Below, one piece after another: positions 35,614 through 46,354 of a DNA stretch of 60,447 bases. The first letter of the stretch is position 1. The number at the start of each line of letters is the position of its first letter. The notes under the pieces were generated by a model. It was not told the origin of the DNA, did no database searches, and was given only the letters and a program-made list of their open reading frames with translations. Made by a program: the position numbers and the translations under genes. Source of the DNA: a virus (lineage: Duplodnaviria > Caudoviricetes); the IMG/VR virus record IMGVR_UViG_3300025000_000108, positions 1-60,447 of that record; one strand, given 5' to 3'.

Positions 35614-38600
35614 TTAGCCTTTCTGTTCTTTCTGATATTTTCTTTTAGCTACCATAAGAGAACTGAATGTAATAGTATCTTTCTTATCTTTTCTATTATC
35701 CTTATTGTACTCTCTTACCCACTGATTGTACTTATTGATTTCCTTTCGGTACTTAGAGACACTATCACCCTCTTTAACTCCATCTACTATATTCTTTTTG
35801 ATCTTCTTGAACTCATTCTCATCTGTTCTATCAGACCACCAAGAGTATATTAGTTTACCAAAAGGTAAGTTCTGTACTGTTCTCCAATCAGGATCTCCTT
35901 TAAAGGTAGATATAATATCTCTAAAAGGATCATCTACTATTCCTGTAGGAGGTATGAGAATATCTTTCAGCATAGTCTCAAAGAACCCCTTAGAGAACCC
36001 TTGATCTAAAGTATATCTACTCATAAAACCTATCTTCAATAGGTTCTCATGGACGTTATCAGTGAAACTATCAGAACTCTTACCTAGCAGAAATTCTTTT
36101 AACTCATCAGCAGTAGCACCTGCTAGAACCATAAGTACTATTAGCTTACCAGTATTATAAGCAGCACTCTGTTTCTCTTTAAGATTCTTAGCAGTTCTCC
36201 AGTTATAGACTAACTCCCTATAGATATTATTGAGAGCTTTTATATTATAACTCTTAAGAGCATAGAATATTCTCCCATTACCTGCTCCCTGATATCTAAC
36301 TGGCATTTCTGTAAGGCTGATAGGTTGCCAATCTGATAATTCATTGAAAACAAAGAACCTAGTTAATTCAGTATTTCTATCTGCTTTAATATCATTAAAA
36401 GTTTTATCTGTATCATCACCTAGAATATATTCATACTTCTCTTTGAACTCTGAAAGATTTAATTCTTTAGCTGAGATAAGAGCTGCATTCATAAAAGTAT
36501 TCTTACCAAATAGATCCATATACTTAAGACCTACAACAGTTAATACTTTATCTAACCACTTAGCTGCTCCCTCAGTTTGGAACTCTTTCATAGAGTGTTC
36601 AAGATCTAAGTCCTTAGCTGAAATAATCCTAGGTCCAAACATAGCCCTTATAGTGTTCTTAGGGCCAAACTTATAAATATTAAATGCTTGATCACCTATC
36701 TGAGTAATAGCGCTAGTGGGACTACCAAGAGCTGCCATAAGGGAAATGTTTCTAGCAGTAGCTGCTACACCACTCATCCCTTTCTGATTTAACCTAGCTC
36801 TGATAGTGTTAATAACGAGTCTAGAATCCTCTGGGGATAAGTCAGATGCTTTCTCCGAGAGAAGAGAATCTATCTTATCAAATCTCTTATTAGGATCTTT
36901 CAGTTGTGCTTCTATTTGTTCTAAAAAAGCAACAGTATCTTTCATCTCATCTTCTGTTAGCTTCTCGGATTCTATCTTGTTGTACAGATTGTTTCTCCGA
37001 GTTACTAACTTGTGCCTAGCAGTACTGTCAGCAAACATCCTATGAGCTGCTATAATCTCATGTGACTCATAGATGTGGTTCAGTAGAGCTTCTGGTGCTG
37101 TCTCATAGAAATGCTTCCACTCAGAAGATACTGTCTCTATAGTTCTCTTCTTCCCTGCTGTACCTTTTATAAGAGCTATAGCTGGTATTCTACCAGTGTT
37201 TACCATCTGCCTTATAGCGTGCTCTTTTTCTTCTTTGTTCTTTATCTGATCTATAGACTGTTGGATGAAACTATAGTTAGGGTCTTGAGCCATAGCTTTG
37301 ATAAGACCATCCATATCCTTTACCCTTCTAGGGAAGTACTCAGGAATGGAGCCATATTCATTCAGACCTAGTTCCTCACGGTTATTATAGATCTTCTTGA
37401 GAAGTGCTTCTACTCTACTATAAGAGTCTGTGAGATTATATTTCTTCAGTAGCTCACTACGTTTAGTTACATAATCTGGCTTGTTGTTCATCAGAGTAAG
37501 ATCTAAAAGATTCTTATCATCTGAGGACATCTTAGTGTAACCATCCATGAAAGACTTTATTTCATCTCTAGCCTTTACGTTAGCTTCTGCTATTGACTGC
37601 TCATACTTCCTCATTATACGGAGAATATTAGACCCTATCTTAGAATCTAATTGCCTATAGATCTCAGAGGATGCCTTAAGAATATCTCTTGTGAAAGCTC
37701 TGAGTTGATTACCTATGCTATCCTTTGTGGAAGGATTAGTTCTCATAGACTTCACTCTATCCTCCCAAGACTTAGTAGATTTCTTTTTGTTATCTACTAG
37801 TGAGGGAGAGATACTATCAGCACCTACATTACCCACATCTTCTTTGAACAACTTAGTAGCTAATGTAAGAGTTTCATCAAGGGCATTGTAGGAATCTTTA
37901 GTTAAACCAAGAGCTTCTCTGACTATTGATATGAACTTATCCCATATAGTTCTCAGAGTACCTGTAGGTTTCTGTAGTGGGATCTTCTTGAGTTCTGCTT
38001 GGAAACTCTCAGAGCTAAAAGCCTGTGCTAAGAACTCATCTTCATTCAACAAGGCATAGTAGACTTGATCAGATAACCTATTGAATTGCTTTCTGAATGC
38101 TTGTTTATTTTGAATTACAAGTCTAGGGTTCCACTCATACTCCCACTCAAGTAACTCTTGTTCTTCTAATGTGAGTACCCCTGTTCTTACTTTCTGTAGT
38201 AACTGTGTTACTTGATCTTTTATAACCTTGTTGCTCTTCATGGCTTCTCTAGTGAGTGCATGAATAACTTCATGAAGAACTACAGACTCGTATTCTTTTA
38301 CTCTTGGATCTATGTAGATATGACCATCAGCATAGAAAGCATTCGGTAAGGAAGGTACTGTTTCTTCTCTCTTGTTCTTATAGAGAGTTACATCTCTTAC
38401 TTCTACATTATCTAACTTAGTCCCTGATGCCGAGAGAATGATCTTTAGAATACCTTGTTGTACCTTATTGAGTTGTAAGGACTGAAGGAGTTTCTTAGAG
38501 TTGACTGAGTAGTCTCTTTTAACATCAGTACTCTCAGACTCTGTTGTACTAGCAGGTGTTACACCCTCACCTTTCAGCACCTCTTCTCTCTTACCATTAT

Positions 38601-41160
38601 TATCTTGTAGTTGTGAAGTAAGATGACTAAGAGCACTCTTCTTAGATGCTGCTTGGTTCTTTACGAAAGGATACTTAGATGCTGCTACTATTTCTTCTTT
38701 AGTTGCTGTGTCAGGGAGTTTCTCTATAGCTTCTTTAGCTTTCCTTAGAGTGTTCACCCTGCGTTCTATCAGACGAGTTGGTTCTTTCAGCAGCCTTTCT
38801 TTTTGCCCTTCTCTTTCTTCTTGCCTTTCATTTCTTTTTCCATTTTCATCATTTCTTTCTTTGGTGCTTTCTTTTTCATTCTTCCTACTCCCAATAAGTT
38901 TCTTTATATCACTCTTCTGTTTATCTTTCTCTTGCTTCTCTTTGATCCTATCCATCAGAGTCTTTCTCTCAGAGTCAGACATCTTAATATACTTCACAGG
39001 AGATGCTTCTTTCTTATCCACAACAGGTGTACTTACTTTATCAGGTACAGATACTTTCTTTATCTTCTGTCCACTCTCTTGCATAGTATCCAGAGAAGTA
39101 GTCTGACCTACAGTTTTCTTATAGTCCCTAATAGCACCTATAGCCCTAGCAGTTGCATAGGTTTCAAATGATGCTTTACTTTTAGGATCATACTTCCCTG
39201 CTGATTCAACAATAGAATCATTAACTATATCTTCAAGATCCTTGTTGTTATCTTGTAAGGATACTCCTGCTTTGCTAGATGCTTTTTGAAGAACACTCTG
39301 AGGATTTACTGAAGCTACAAGTTTCAGTTGTTCTTTAGTAACTTCAAGTTTATTTTCTTCAGGTTTCTGATAGAACTCATCAGCATTTTTTCCTTGGCTG
39401 ATAGCACTATCAAGATCTTTCATTGATTTGAAAGTACCCTGATTAATCCTATCACCATCCTCTTGAGTAGCACCTATCCAAGATCTGTCACCTTTCTTGA
39501 TAGCTACTATATTATCTTTCTTGTAGACCTTGATCTCTTTACCATCTACTGTAGATACTTCAGTAGTCCAACCTTTAGGGACTTTCTTTCCTGGCTTAGT
39601 CTGCTTGGTTTCTATTAGTGCTTTCTGTACTTCAGGTACAGTAGATGTGGTTATAGGTTCTTGCTTCTCTATCTTCTTAGCTACAACCTTAGATTCACTC
39701 TTAAGGGTAGTGATCTCCTGCTGTGTACTCTTGATCTCTTTGGTAATATTGTTCTTCTCTTTGAGGTTAGTAGAACTCTTTTGTTTCTCTTGGAGTTCTG
39801 CTACCTTATCTTCCTTTTTCATAAGAGATGCTTTGATTGCATCTTTTACTTTGAGAGAAGATACATCTACTGATTCGTTCTCAAAGATGAAGCTAGATAC
39901 TGTGTTCTGTGGGAAGTACTTATCTATTTCTCTCTGTGCATTCTGAACCCTTACAAGCTCTTTATCTGAGAGGTACTGAGGTTGTGTATTCTCAGGTACT
40001 TCTGGTATATCTCTTGTCTCTACAGGTGGAGGTGGGTTTCTGAAGTTATCAATATCTTCTGAGAGATTCTCAAGTCTCTGTTGTCTCACCCACTCAGCTT
40101 CTCCCTTATCCACAGTACTAGGTACTTCTCTCTGTTGGTTATAAGGAGCACTCTCAACCTGTGTCTCAAAGAGACTTTGAAACATCTCAGGGACTACAGG
40201 TTTAGCATCCTGAGTGGTATCAATTCCAGATGCTGACAGAACCTTCTCAGGTTCTTTGGTGATAACTTCTTTCTCTCTGATCTTATCAAGAGCTTCTTGC
40301 CATTGTGGTGTGCTATCGCTACTCTCTGCCTGTTGCTTGGTAGAACCAATAGCACCAAAACCAGCACCAAATAAACCACCACCAATAGCACCCATAGCTG
40401 CACCAAATGCAGTATCAGATATACTTGCTGGAGCAGTTGGGTCTTCATTAGATGCTATTTGTTCTATGGGACTCTGAAGGATCTCCTCTAAGGATTCTAC
40501 AGCAGCACCTTTAGCACCTGCCTCTAAGAGTCTCCCACCGAAGGTAGTTGCTGTGAACTTCTTAGCTAACTCATCTCTACCTTCTTTTGTAACTAAACCT
40601 AAAGCCCAATTCTGTGGACCAAACTTAGTCTCAATTGCACCTACAGTACCAGCACCTACAAGAGCTACGAGTTTGCTCTTAGCACTCTCGTTCGCTTGTG
40701 GATCATCAAAAATTTGTTTATCCCTGATTGAGCTATATGACGGTAAGGCACTGATAGCTACTGGTCCAAGGTTAGCAACTAGTTGGCCGATACCAGCTAC
40801 TACAGGGGCAGCAGGACCAGCAAGAGGGGACAGGGCTGTAATACCAGTACCTATAGCTCTAGTAGCAAGCATACCACCAATAGAAGTCCCTGCTTGTCCT
40901 GCAACCTCGCTGATTGCTGTTAGTGGTCTATCAGTAATATCTGATAGGGATCTAGTAGCTACAGGGTTATCCTCTTGGAGTTCCCTTCCATACTCTGAGA
41001 TGAAGTTATCATCACCAACACCAGGAATGTAATCTGAAGCTAATCTACCAACACCACCTATAGTTGAACCTATAGTGTTGAGTGCTGATGCTTTCAGTCC
41101 ACCTTCTATCTCTTCCTCTGCTACTGCACTCCCCTCTAAGAAGCTCCAATCAAATGCCAT
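35614..41160 (-). CDS. Large internal virion / ejection (polyvalent-type) protein, 1848 aa
   Basis: Position after smaller ejection-like genes; Gly/Ala-rich N-terminus; HEVIH zincin motif; sigma region-2-like segment; YFPR motif. Confidence 0.75.
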   Translation of the reverse strand: MAFDWSFLEGSAVAEEEIEGGLKASALNTIGSTIGGVGRLASDYIPGVGDDNFISEYGRELQEDNPVATRSLSDITDRPLTAISEVAGQAGTSIGGMLATRAIGTGITALSPLAGPAAPVVAGIGQLVANLGPVAISALPSYSSIRDKQIFDDPQANESAKSKLVALVGAGTVGAIETKFGPQNWALGLVTKEGRDELAKKFTATTFGGRLLEAGAKGAAVESLEEILQSPIEQIASNEDPTAPASISDTAFGAAMGAIGGGLFGAGFGAIGSTKQQAESSDSTPQWQEALDKIREKEVITKEPEKVLSASGIDTTQDAKPVVPEMFQSLFETQVESAPYNQQREVPSTVDKGEAEWVRQQRLENLSEDIDNFRNPPPPVETRDIPEVPENTQPQYLSDKELVRVQNAQREIDKYFPQNTVSSFIFENESVDVSSLKVKDAIKASLMKKEDKVAELQEKQKSSTNLKEKNNITKEIKSTQQEITTLKSESKVVAKKIEKQEPITTSTVPEVQKALIETKQTKPGKKVPKGWTTEVSTVDGKEIKVYKKDNIVAIKKGDRSWIGATQEDGDRINQGTFKSMKDLDSAISQGKNADEFYQKPEENKLEVTKEQLKLVASVNPQSVLQKASSKAGVSLQDNNKDLEDIVNDSIVESAGKYDPKSKASFETYATARAIGAIRDYKKTVGQTTSLDTMQESGQKIKKVSVPDKVSTPVVDKKEASPVKYIKMSDSERKTLMDRIKEKQEKDKQKSDIKKLIGSRKNEKESTKERNDENGKRNERQEEREGQKERLLKEPTRLIERRVNTLRKAKEAIEKLPDTATKEEIVAASKYPFVKNQAASKKSALSHLTSQLQDNNGKREEVLKGEGVTPASTTESESTDVKRDYSVNSKKLLQSLQLNKVQQGILKIILSASGTKLDNVEVRDVTLYKNKREETVPSLPNAFYADGHIYIDPRVKEYESVVLHEVIHALTREAMKSNKVIKDQVTQLLQKVRTGVLTLEEQELLEWEYEWNPRLVIQNKQAFRKQFNRLSDQVYYALLNEDEFLAQAFSSESFQAELKKIPLQKPTGTLRTIWDKFISIVREALGLTKDSYNALDETLTLATKLFKEDVGNVGADSISPSLVDNKKKSTKSWEDRVKSMRTNPSTKDSIGNQLRAFTRDILKASSEIYRQLDSKIGSNILRIMRKYEQSIAEANVKARDEIKSFMDGYTKMSSDDKNLLDLTLMNNKPDYVTKRSELLKKYNLTDSYSRVEALLKKIYNNREELGLNEYGSIPEYFPRRVKDMDGLIKAMAQDPNYSFIQQSIDQIKNKEEKEHAIRQMVNTGRIPAIALIKGTAGKKRTIETVSSEWKHFYETAPEALLNHIYESHEIIAAHRMFADSTARHKLVTRRNNLYNKIESEKLTEDEMKDTVAFLEQIEAQLKDPNKRFDKIDSLLSEKASDLSPEDSRLVINTIRARLNQKGMSGVAATARNISLMAALGSPTSAITQIGDQAFNIYKFGPKNTIRAMFGPRIISAKDLDLEHSMKEFQTEGAAKWLDKVLTVVGLKYMDLFGKNTFMNAALISAKELNLSEFKEKYEYILGDDTDKTFNDIKADRNTELTRFFVFNELSDWQPISLTEMPVRYQGAGNGRIFYALKSYNIKALNNIYRELVYNWRTAKNLKEKQSAAYNTGKLIVLMVLAGATADELKEFLLGKSSDSFTDNVHENLLKIGFMSRYTLDQGFSKGFFETMLKDILIPPTGIVDDPFRDIISTFKGDPDWRTVQNLPFGKLIYSWWSDRTDENEFKKIKKNIVDGVKEGDSVSKYRKEINKYNQWVREYNKDNRKDKKDTITFSSLMVAKRKYQKEQKG

Positions 41161-41165
41161 TTGTT

Positions 41166-42284
41166 TTATCTCATTTGTTGTAGTTTCAGCTTGTAGAACT
41201 CATCAGTCATATTAGGGTATCTTTTCTTGAGTTGTTCTAACAGCCTGTTATCTCCACCTTCTACATTACGAGTTGCAAAACCCTTAACGTCAGACAGGAC
41301 AGACCCTATTGCACTTCCACCAGATGATGGTTTATTTCTACTATTCATTTCCCAATCAGAAACTACAGATTCAAACTGAGTGCCTTTAGTTCTCTCCTTA
41401 GCCTCTCCAAGAGAAAGCTGACCAGAATTAAGAGCACCTTGGATTTGTTTAGAATACTCCCCAAACTTTTCTGGTGATACACCAGTGTTCTGTTTGGTGC
41501 TAGTAGTAGGTTTCCCCTTTCCAGTAGCTTCCATTACGCTCTCAAGATTCATTCTACCCATAAGAGTTGCAGCATCTTCATCTGAGAATGTCTTACCAAA
41601 CTCAACCTTTAGTTGTTTCTTGAAGGATTTTCTTTGATCTTCATCTAAAGTTTCATACCGATCTACACCATCTTTAATTGCAAGCCTAGCTTGCTCGAAT
41701 GGTATCTCTCTCTGAGTAGCTTTCATAGACTCTATGTACACCTTAGCTACTTCCGGTTGCATCACACTAGCTTCAATGAGCATCTTATTTTCATCAGAGG
41801 ATTTCTTATACATCTCTGAAGATTTTATCTCTTCTAACTTCTCTGCTCTCTTTTTCTTGTCAAGATCAAAAGTTACATTAGCTATAGCAACTGCTTGATT
41901 TACAGCAGCACCTTGCTTAATACTCGCTTCTGCCGCTAACAGTTTACTTTTTCCAGCAATAGCCTCATCAGAATACTCATCCTTTGCTCTCTGTCGAGCA
42001 AGATCATCAGCATATTTTATTTGACTCTGCCTATCTTCCTTCTCTATACCATATCTTTCTACTTGAAACTCATTCTGCTGTCCCTGTCTAGTGGTTGCTA
42101 ATTTATCAGCATACTCTACATTAGATCTTTGATTCTGCATCCTGAGAGACTCTAATGATTTTTCCCTTTCATATCTAATTGCTGCTTCTTGAGAGTGCCA
42201 ATCCATCTTAGCTTTCTCATTTAACATTGCACTATAATCTGAAAGACCTCTGCCAGCACCTGCTAACGCACCTAGCATTCCCAT
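41166..42284 (-). CDS. Putative internal virion (ejection) protein
   Basis: MGMLGALAGAG N-terminus, helical; podovirus synteny. Confidence 0.6.
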   Translation of the reverse strand: MGMLGALAGAGRGLSDYSAMLNEKAKMDWHSQEAAIRYEREKSLESLRMQNQRSNVEYADKLATTRQGQQNEFQVERYGIEKEDRQSQIKYADDLARQRAKDEYSDEAIAGKSKLLAAEASIKQGAAVNQAVAIANVTFDLDKKKRAEKLEEIKSSEMYKKSSDENKMLIEASVMQPEVAKVYIESMKATQREIPFEQARLAIKDGVDRYETLDEDQRKSFKKQLKVEFGKTFSDEDAATLMGRMNLESVMEATGKGKPTTSTKQNTGVSPEKFGEYSKQIQGALNSGQLSLGEAKERTKGTQFESVVSDWEMNSRNKPSSGGSAIGSVLSDVKGFATRNVEGGDNRLLEQLKKRYPNMTDEFYKLKLQQMR

Positions 42285-42844
42285 TATCGTGCTCCTCTCT
42301 GCATACCCTTTTGCTCCCTCTTACGAGCGTATGCTTCCATAGCTGTAAGTTGACCGGGTGCTGAGGGAAGCCCTGACTTCTGTGCAGCTTCAAGACCTAA
42401 TGCTCTGTGCTCATCGGACATCATAGGCTCTACTTTCTGCTGTAATTCTACAGGATCTATAGAACCATCTGATAATCCTCTCTCAATATAGGATTGGATT
42501 GTACCTTTCAAGATAGGCTCAACTTGTTCAGCAGTTTCTATCTGAAAGATACCAGCAGCATTCCCCATTTCGATCAGATCACCAACTAAAAACTGAGAAG
42601 CAGCTATAAGAACCTCTAAGCTAGGCTTCTTCCCCTTGGTTTGAATTGCTTGTTCCATCTGATCATTAATCATTAAAGCAACTTGTGGTACTAACTTCTC
42701 AGGGTTATCACCAGACTTCAACATATTCATAACTTGAGGTTGTGTCTTAGGACCATGAAGAATCTTAGATAACCCCATAACATATGTCTTTATTTCTTTT
42801 TCTGTTTGTGGATCTAACTTTTCTTGCTCCACTTGAGGCTCCAT
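42284..42844 (-). CDS. Putative virion-associated protein
   Basis: Coupled late gene. Confidence 0.6.
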   Translation of the reverse strand: MEPQVEQEKLDPQTEKEIKTYVMGLSKILHGPKTQPQVMNMLKSGDNPEKLVPQVALMINDQMEQAIQTKGKKPSLEVLIAASQFLVGDLIEMGNAAGIFQIETAEQVEPILKGTIQSYIERGLSDGSIDPVELQQKVEPMMSDEHRALGLEAAQKSGLPSAPGQLTAMEAYARKREQKGMQRGAR

Positions 42845-43677
42845 TACTTATCTCCTATAGAAAGAGAACCTAAGATTTCTTTCATCTTATCTCTTCTTTC
42901 ATTGTACTTGTTATGAATATCGTCCCACTTCTTTTGATGTTGCTGCTTAACACCAGCAATGGCACTTTCTGCTTCTGATATCTGTGCATCATAACCAGCT
43001 AGTGTACCCTTAGCTTCCCCTATTTGATTAGCAGCAGCTCCTAATTGAGAGCTTGCAATACCTAATTCTTTCGCTATAGACTCTTGAGCTTTACTTCTGT
43101 ACTCTGATTCTAATGTAGCAGCACCACTTCTTAGTGGGTCATGAAGTTCTTGGTTTCTATAGTCCTTGGCCATTACATTCAAGTACTTATTATCATCAAC
43201 CCAAGTTGCAAATAATCCCCTCTTACCTACGAGTTCATTAGCTGCATCTCTTGGGAGATAGTACGTAGCCTCAATAGTATCATTCGGACCTATAACTCTG
43301 ATAGGTGTAAGAGTGCTCTTAAAACCACCCCATGCTTTATCAACAGCAGCATTTAGTTGTGGAAGTTTTGTACCAGCAATCTGAGCCTCTTGACCAGCTA
43401 GTTCACTATAAGCACCAGATAGTTTTCCTCTTACATCAGCAAGTTTAGATTCTTGCTCGGATACCTTAGCCTTGTATTCAGACTCTTCCTTTCTTATCTG
43501 ATCAGCAGCAGGTCTTGTAGTTGAAAGACCAAGGTCATCGTACCAGTTAATAAAAGTACCTCTGCCTATATGCTGCTCTCTCTGTGTATTACCAGCAGTT
43601 CTCTGCACTCCTTGACCAGTATCAATAGATTCTCTCTGTGCTCTTAGCCCTGCATTCCTCAGTGCGCTCTCAGCCAT
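42844..43677 (-). CDS. Putative internal virion protein (coiled coil)
   Basis: Coupled late gene. Confidence 0.6.
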   Translation of the reverse strand: MAESALRNAGLRAQRESIDTGQGVQRTAGNTQREQHIGRGTFINWYDDLGLSTTRPAADQIRKEESEYKAKVSEQESKLADVRGKLSGAYSELAGQEAQIAGTKLPQLNAAVDKAWGGFKSTLTPIRVIGPNDTIEATYYLPRDAANELVGKRGLFATWVDDNKYLNVMAKDYRNQELHDPLRSGAATLESEYRSKAQESIAKELGIASSQLGAAANQIGEAKGTLAGYDAQISEAESAIAGVKQQHQKKWDDIHNKYNERRDKMKEILGSLSIGDK

Positions 43678-44546
43678 TAAGCCACCTGTTCTTGTTGTTG
43701 CTTCTGAAGTTGCTGGTCAATAGTTGGGTACAACTCACTCTCTTGAGCAACCACTTGCTGATCAATAGAGGGTGGAGGTGTACCTTTCAGAGTACCTTTC
43801 CTAGCTGCTATGGCTTGCTGAACAGCAGATGTTTGTCTTTGTCTCATCTGATCTGTCAGTTGGTTATTTACATTATACTGTCTGGTCTGCTCATCTAATT
43901 GTTCTCTGCCAAGTTTATATTGGAGAGCTGCATTAGATTTAGATGTCTCTGCTTGCATTGCTGCAATAGAAGCCTGAGTTCCATTGTTCAGATTAGATAG
44001 ACGTTCTTGAAGTTCTCTATTAGCTTGTTGTTGTCTCTCAGCAGCTTCAAGCTCTTTATTCTTCATATCTTCAAGAGCAGAACCTTCCATAGCCTTTCCA
44101 CCTAAATTAACTAGGGCAGATCCTATTGTCCCGCCAGACCCCTCTAATCCCTTTCCAATAGCAGTCCCTATACTTGAGAGAGCACCACCACCACTAGATG
44201 CTGCTGCACCCCCTGCAACGTTAGCAACTCCACCACCAGAGCCTGAAGATACGACACCTGCTGCTGCATTCTCAGATGCCCCTACAGAAGCAACTACACT
44301 TCCACTACCAGCGCCTGAAGCCCAAGCACCTATACCTCCTGTCACAGCACCACCTATAGCGCCAAAGAGGATACCCTTACCAATAGAACCCCCTGTGACT
44401 GCTGCTGTTAATCCACCGATTGCTGCACCAATAACAGCACCACCAATCACACCAGCTAAGATTGCAGTCATACCTGATATCACAACAGTTGTGCCAACTG
44501 CTGATGCAATTGCACCTATAATAGCACCACCTACTGCAACTGCCAT
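43677..44546 (-). CDS. DNA ejection / pilot protein
   Basis: Gly-zipper hydrophobic N-terminus and Gln-rich C-terminus; likely start MAVAVGG at 44546 after an AAGGAG RBS. Confidence 0.7.
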   Translation of the reverse strand: MAVAVGGAIIGAIASAVGTTVVISGMTAILAGVIGGAVIGAAIGGLTAAVTGGSIGKGILFGAIGGAVTGGIGAWASGAGSGSVVASVGASENAAAGVVSSGSGGGVANVAGGAAASSGGGALSSIGTAIGKGLEGSGGTIGSALVNLGGKAMEGSALEDMKNKELEAAERQQQANRELQERLSNLNNGTQASIAAMQAETSKSNAALQYKLGREQLDEQTRQYNVNNQLTDQMRQRQTSAVQQAIAARKGTLKGTPPPSIDQQVVAQESELYPTIDQQLQKQQQEQVA

Positions 44547-44959
44547 TTTATATCTCCTTCTGTCACTGCATACAGAATTTGATCTGTAGCAGGTAATATA
44601 CAAAGTTTCTTAGCACCTATAGATTTCAAAAAGAACCTTAAGTCCATACGATCCTTTTCAATAAAAGCTAGGAAGACTTCTATAGTTGTATTTCGCTTAA
44701 CCCAAAGACCAGCACTAAGAAAGAACTCTTTCATACTTTTATCCCTAGTTGATCCGAAGGTATGCATCTGACACTTTCTTCTACTTATAGGTTCAAAGAG
44801 TATTGCATGTTCATTATTCAAGAACCACCTGTGGCAAAGAGGACTCTTATCTACAAGATCATTATGTATCTTTGAGTGTAGCCAATCATGTTCTCCATAT
44901 TGAGTTGCAGCTATCTCAAAGAGTTTTGGGAGATCTAATATAGTACAAGGTTTTATCAT
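44531..44959 (-). CDS. Acetyltransferase-fold virion assembly protein (T7 gp13 / DUF2824-like)
   Basis: MIKP.T..DL, ..H.., F.K..G pattern and synteny. Confidence 0.5.
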   Translation of the reverse strand: MIKPCTILDLPKLFEIAATQYGEHDWLHSKIHNDLVDKSPLCHRWFLNNEHAILFEPISRRKCQMHTFGSTRDKSMKEFFLSAGLWVKRNTTIEVFLAFIEKDRMDLRFFLKSIGAKKLCILPATDQILYAVTEGDIKWQLQ

Positions 44960-45858
44960 GTGGATATCGAAATAGGTTCAAGATAAGTATCTACAAAGTC
45001 CGATAGATCTACGCCAGAGGATGCACCAATAAAGTTGATACTATTAGATGCAAGTGTTTGTAATTGAGAGATAGTATTCTGTAGTGCTGCTGAACCTAAG
45101 TTAAGAAAATCAGGATCAGTCATTAAGTTCTCAACAGAGATCTGATAGTTCTGCATGATACTAGATGCTTGCGTTCTGATGCTTGCAGCTTTCTCTGCTG
45201 TTACTTGCTGCTGTTGTAAGATCTGCTGATGTTGTCTATCAAGATCAGACTCAAACGTTGCATGTTGCTGTTGAAGATCTTGCAGGAATGTCTTTGATTG
45301 TTCAGATGCTCCTTGTATCTTCGAGGTAAAAGCATTCTGAATATTCTGTTGAGTCTGTTTAATAGCTGCATTCTGTTCTGCAAGACCACCAGAGACTATA
45401 GCTTCTGTTTGGATTGTCTGAGTATTATAATCAGCATCTTGCTTTGCCTTAGCGAACTGATTGAAAGTCTGAGCATCCTGTTGTGCTATAGGTAAGGCAG
45501 ATTCTATTGCTGCTGTTCTTCCAGCCTGAGCAGCAATAGTTGAATTAAGTAATCCTCTCTTACCCGAATACTCTTGTGCTTTCTGCTCCTGTTGTTTTAT
45601 ATAAGGGTTATCAGATGCTAATAGGGTCTGAAGTTGACCAGCTACTGTTTGCTTTGCATTATCTATGTATGAAGCAGGTTCTTTATAGTTTATTGTATTA
45701 CTGAGAGTACTACTTACTTTATTTGCATCGTAGTCTTGAAAGTCAGTGACACCTCTTTCAGACTCTGTTTTTGCTATATCACTGTAAGCTACTCCCTGTG
45801 CTTCTGCTACATCTTGAGCACCCTGGGAGATGCTACTAGCTAAAGCTCCTTCTGCCAT
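44956..45858 (-). CDS. Putative internal virion / ejection protein
   Basis: RGLLNSTIAAQAG..A...ALPIA.QDA motif; Gln-rich. Confidence 0.7.
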   Translation of the reverse strand: MAEGALASSISQGAQDVAEAQGVAYSDIAKTESERGVTDFQDYDANKVSSTLSNTINYKEPASYIDNAKQTVAGQLQTLLASDNPYIKQQEQKAQEYSGKRGLLNSTIAAQAGRTAAIESALPIAQQDAQTFNQFAKAKQDADYNTQTIQTEAIVSGGLAEQNAAIKQTQQNIQNAFTSKIQGASEQSKTFLQDLQQQHATFESDLDRQHQQILQQQQVTAEKAASIRTQASSIMQNYQISVENLMTDPDFLNLGSAALQNTISQLQTLASNSINFIGASSGVDLSDFVDTYLEPISIST

Positions 45859-46353
45859 TTATTCCCCCTCTAAGAACACATTCTTAAGAGCTTCTTTTTT
45901 AATCTCACCAGCTTGCCAATTGTTCTTCTTGAACTGAAGGTATGCTAATGCAAGACCAGTTATCCCTGCTTTATTTAGAACTACCTTTTTATTCTTTAGA
46001 CCATCAGTACCTTTCTCAGCAGTCTTCCAGCTCTCCGTGTAATTAGACGGAAGTAAAGGGAGCACAGAGAACATACCCTGGATGAACTCAGTGTCAGGGT
46101 AATATAAGTTTCCATTGAAACTAAAAGGTTGCTTATCAGCTTCTTCTACTTCTTTATCTATAGCTAAAAGATTTCTTTCTAATTCTATATACCTATCAGT
46201 TGAGGGGGAAGAGAATGTGCTATTAGTGTACGTCCAATTAATCTTAACATCATCTCCACACTGAACCCATTGTATGGAGTTGTGATATTTCCCTGATGGA
46301 TTGTGATCTATAATTTCTAAAACAGTATTATCACTAATTCTTGCCCACTTCAT
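45859..46353 (-). CDS. Tail fibre assembly protein
   Basis: WARI....V.EI...W..C...V...W.Y...F..P motif, directly after the tail fibre. Confidence 0.65.
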   Translation of the reverse strand: MKWARISDNTVLEIIDHNPSGKYHNSIQWVQCGDDVKINWTYTNSTFSSPSTDRYIELERNLLAIDKEVEEADKQPFSFNGNLYYPDTEFIQGMFSVLPLLPSNYTESWKTAEKGTDGLKNKKVVLNKAGITGLALAYLQFKKNNWQAGEIKKEALKNVFLEGE

Positions 46354-46354
46354 A

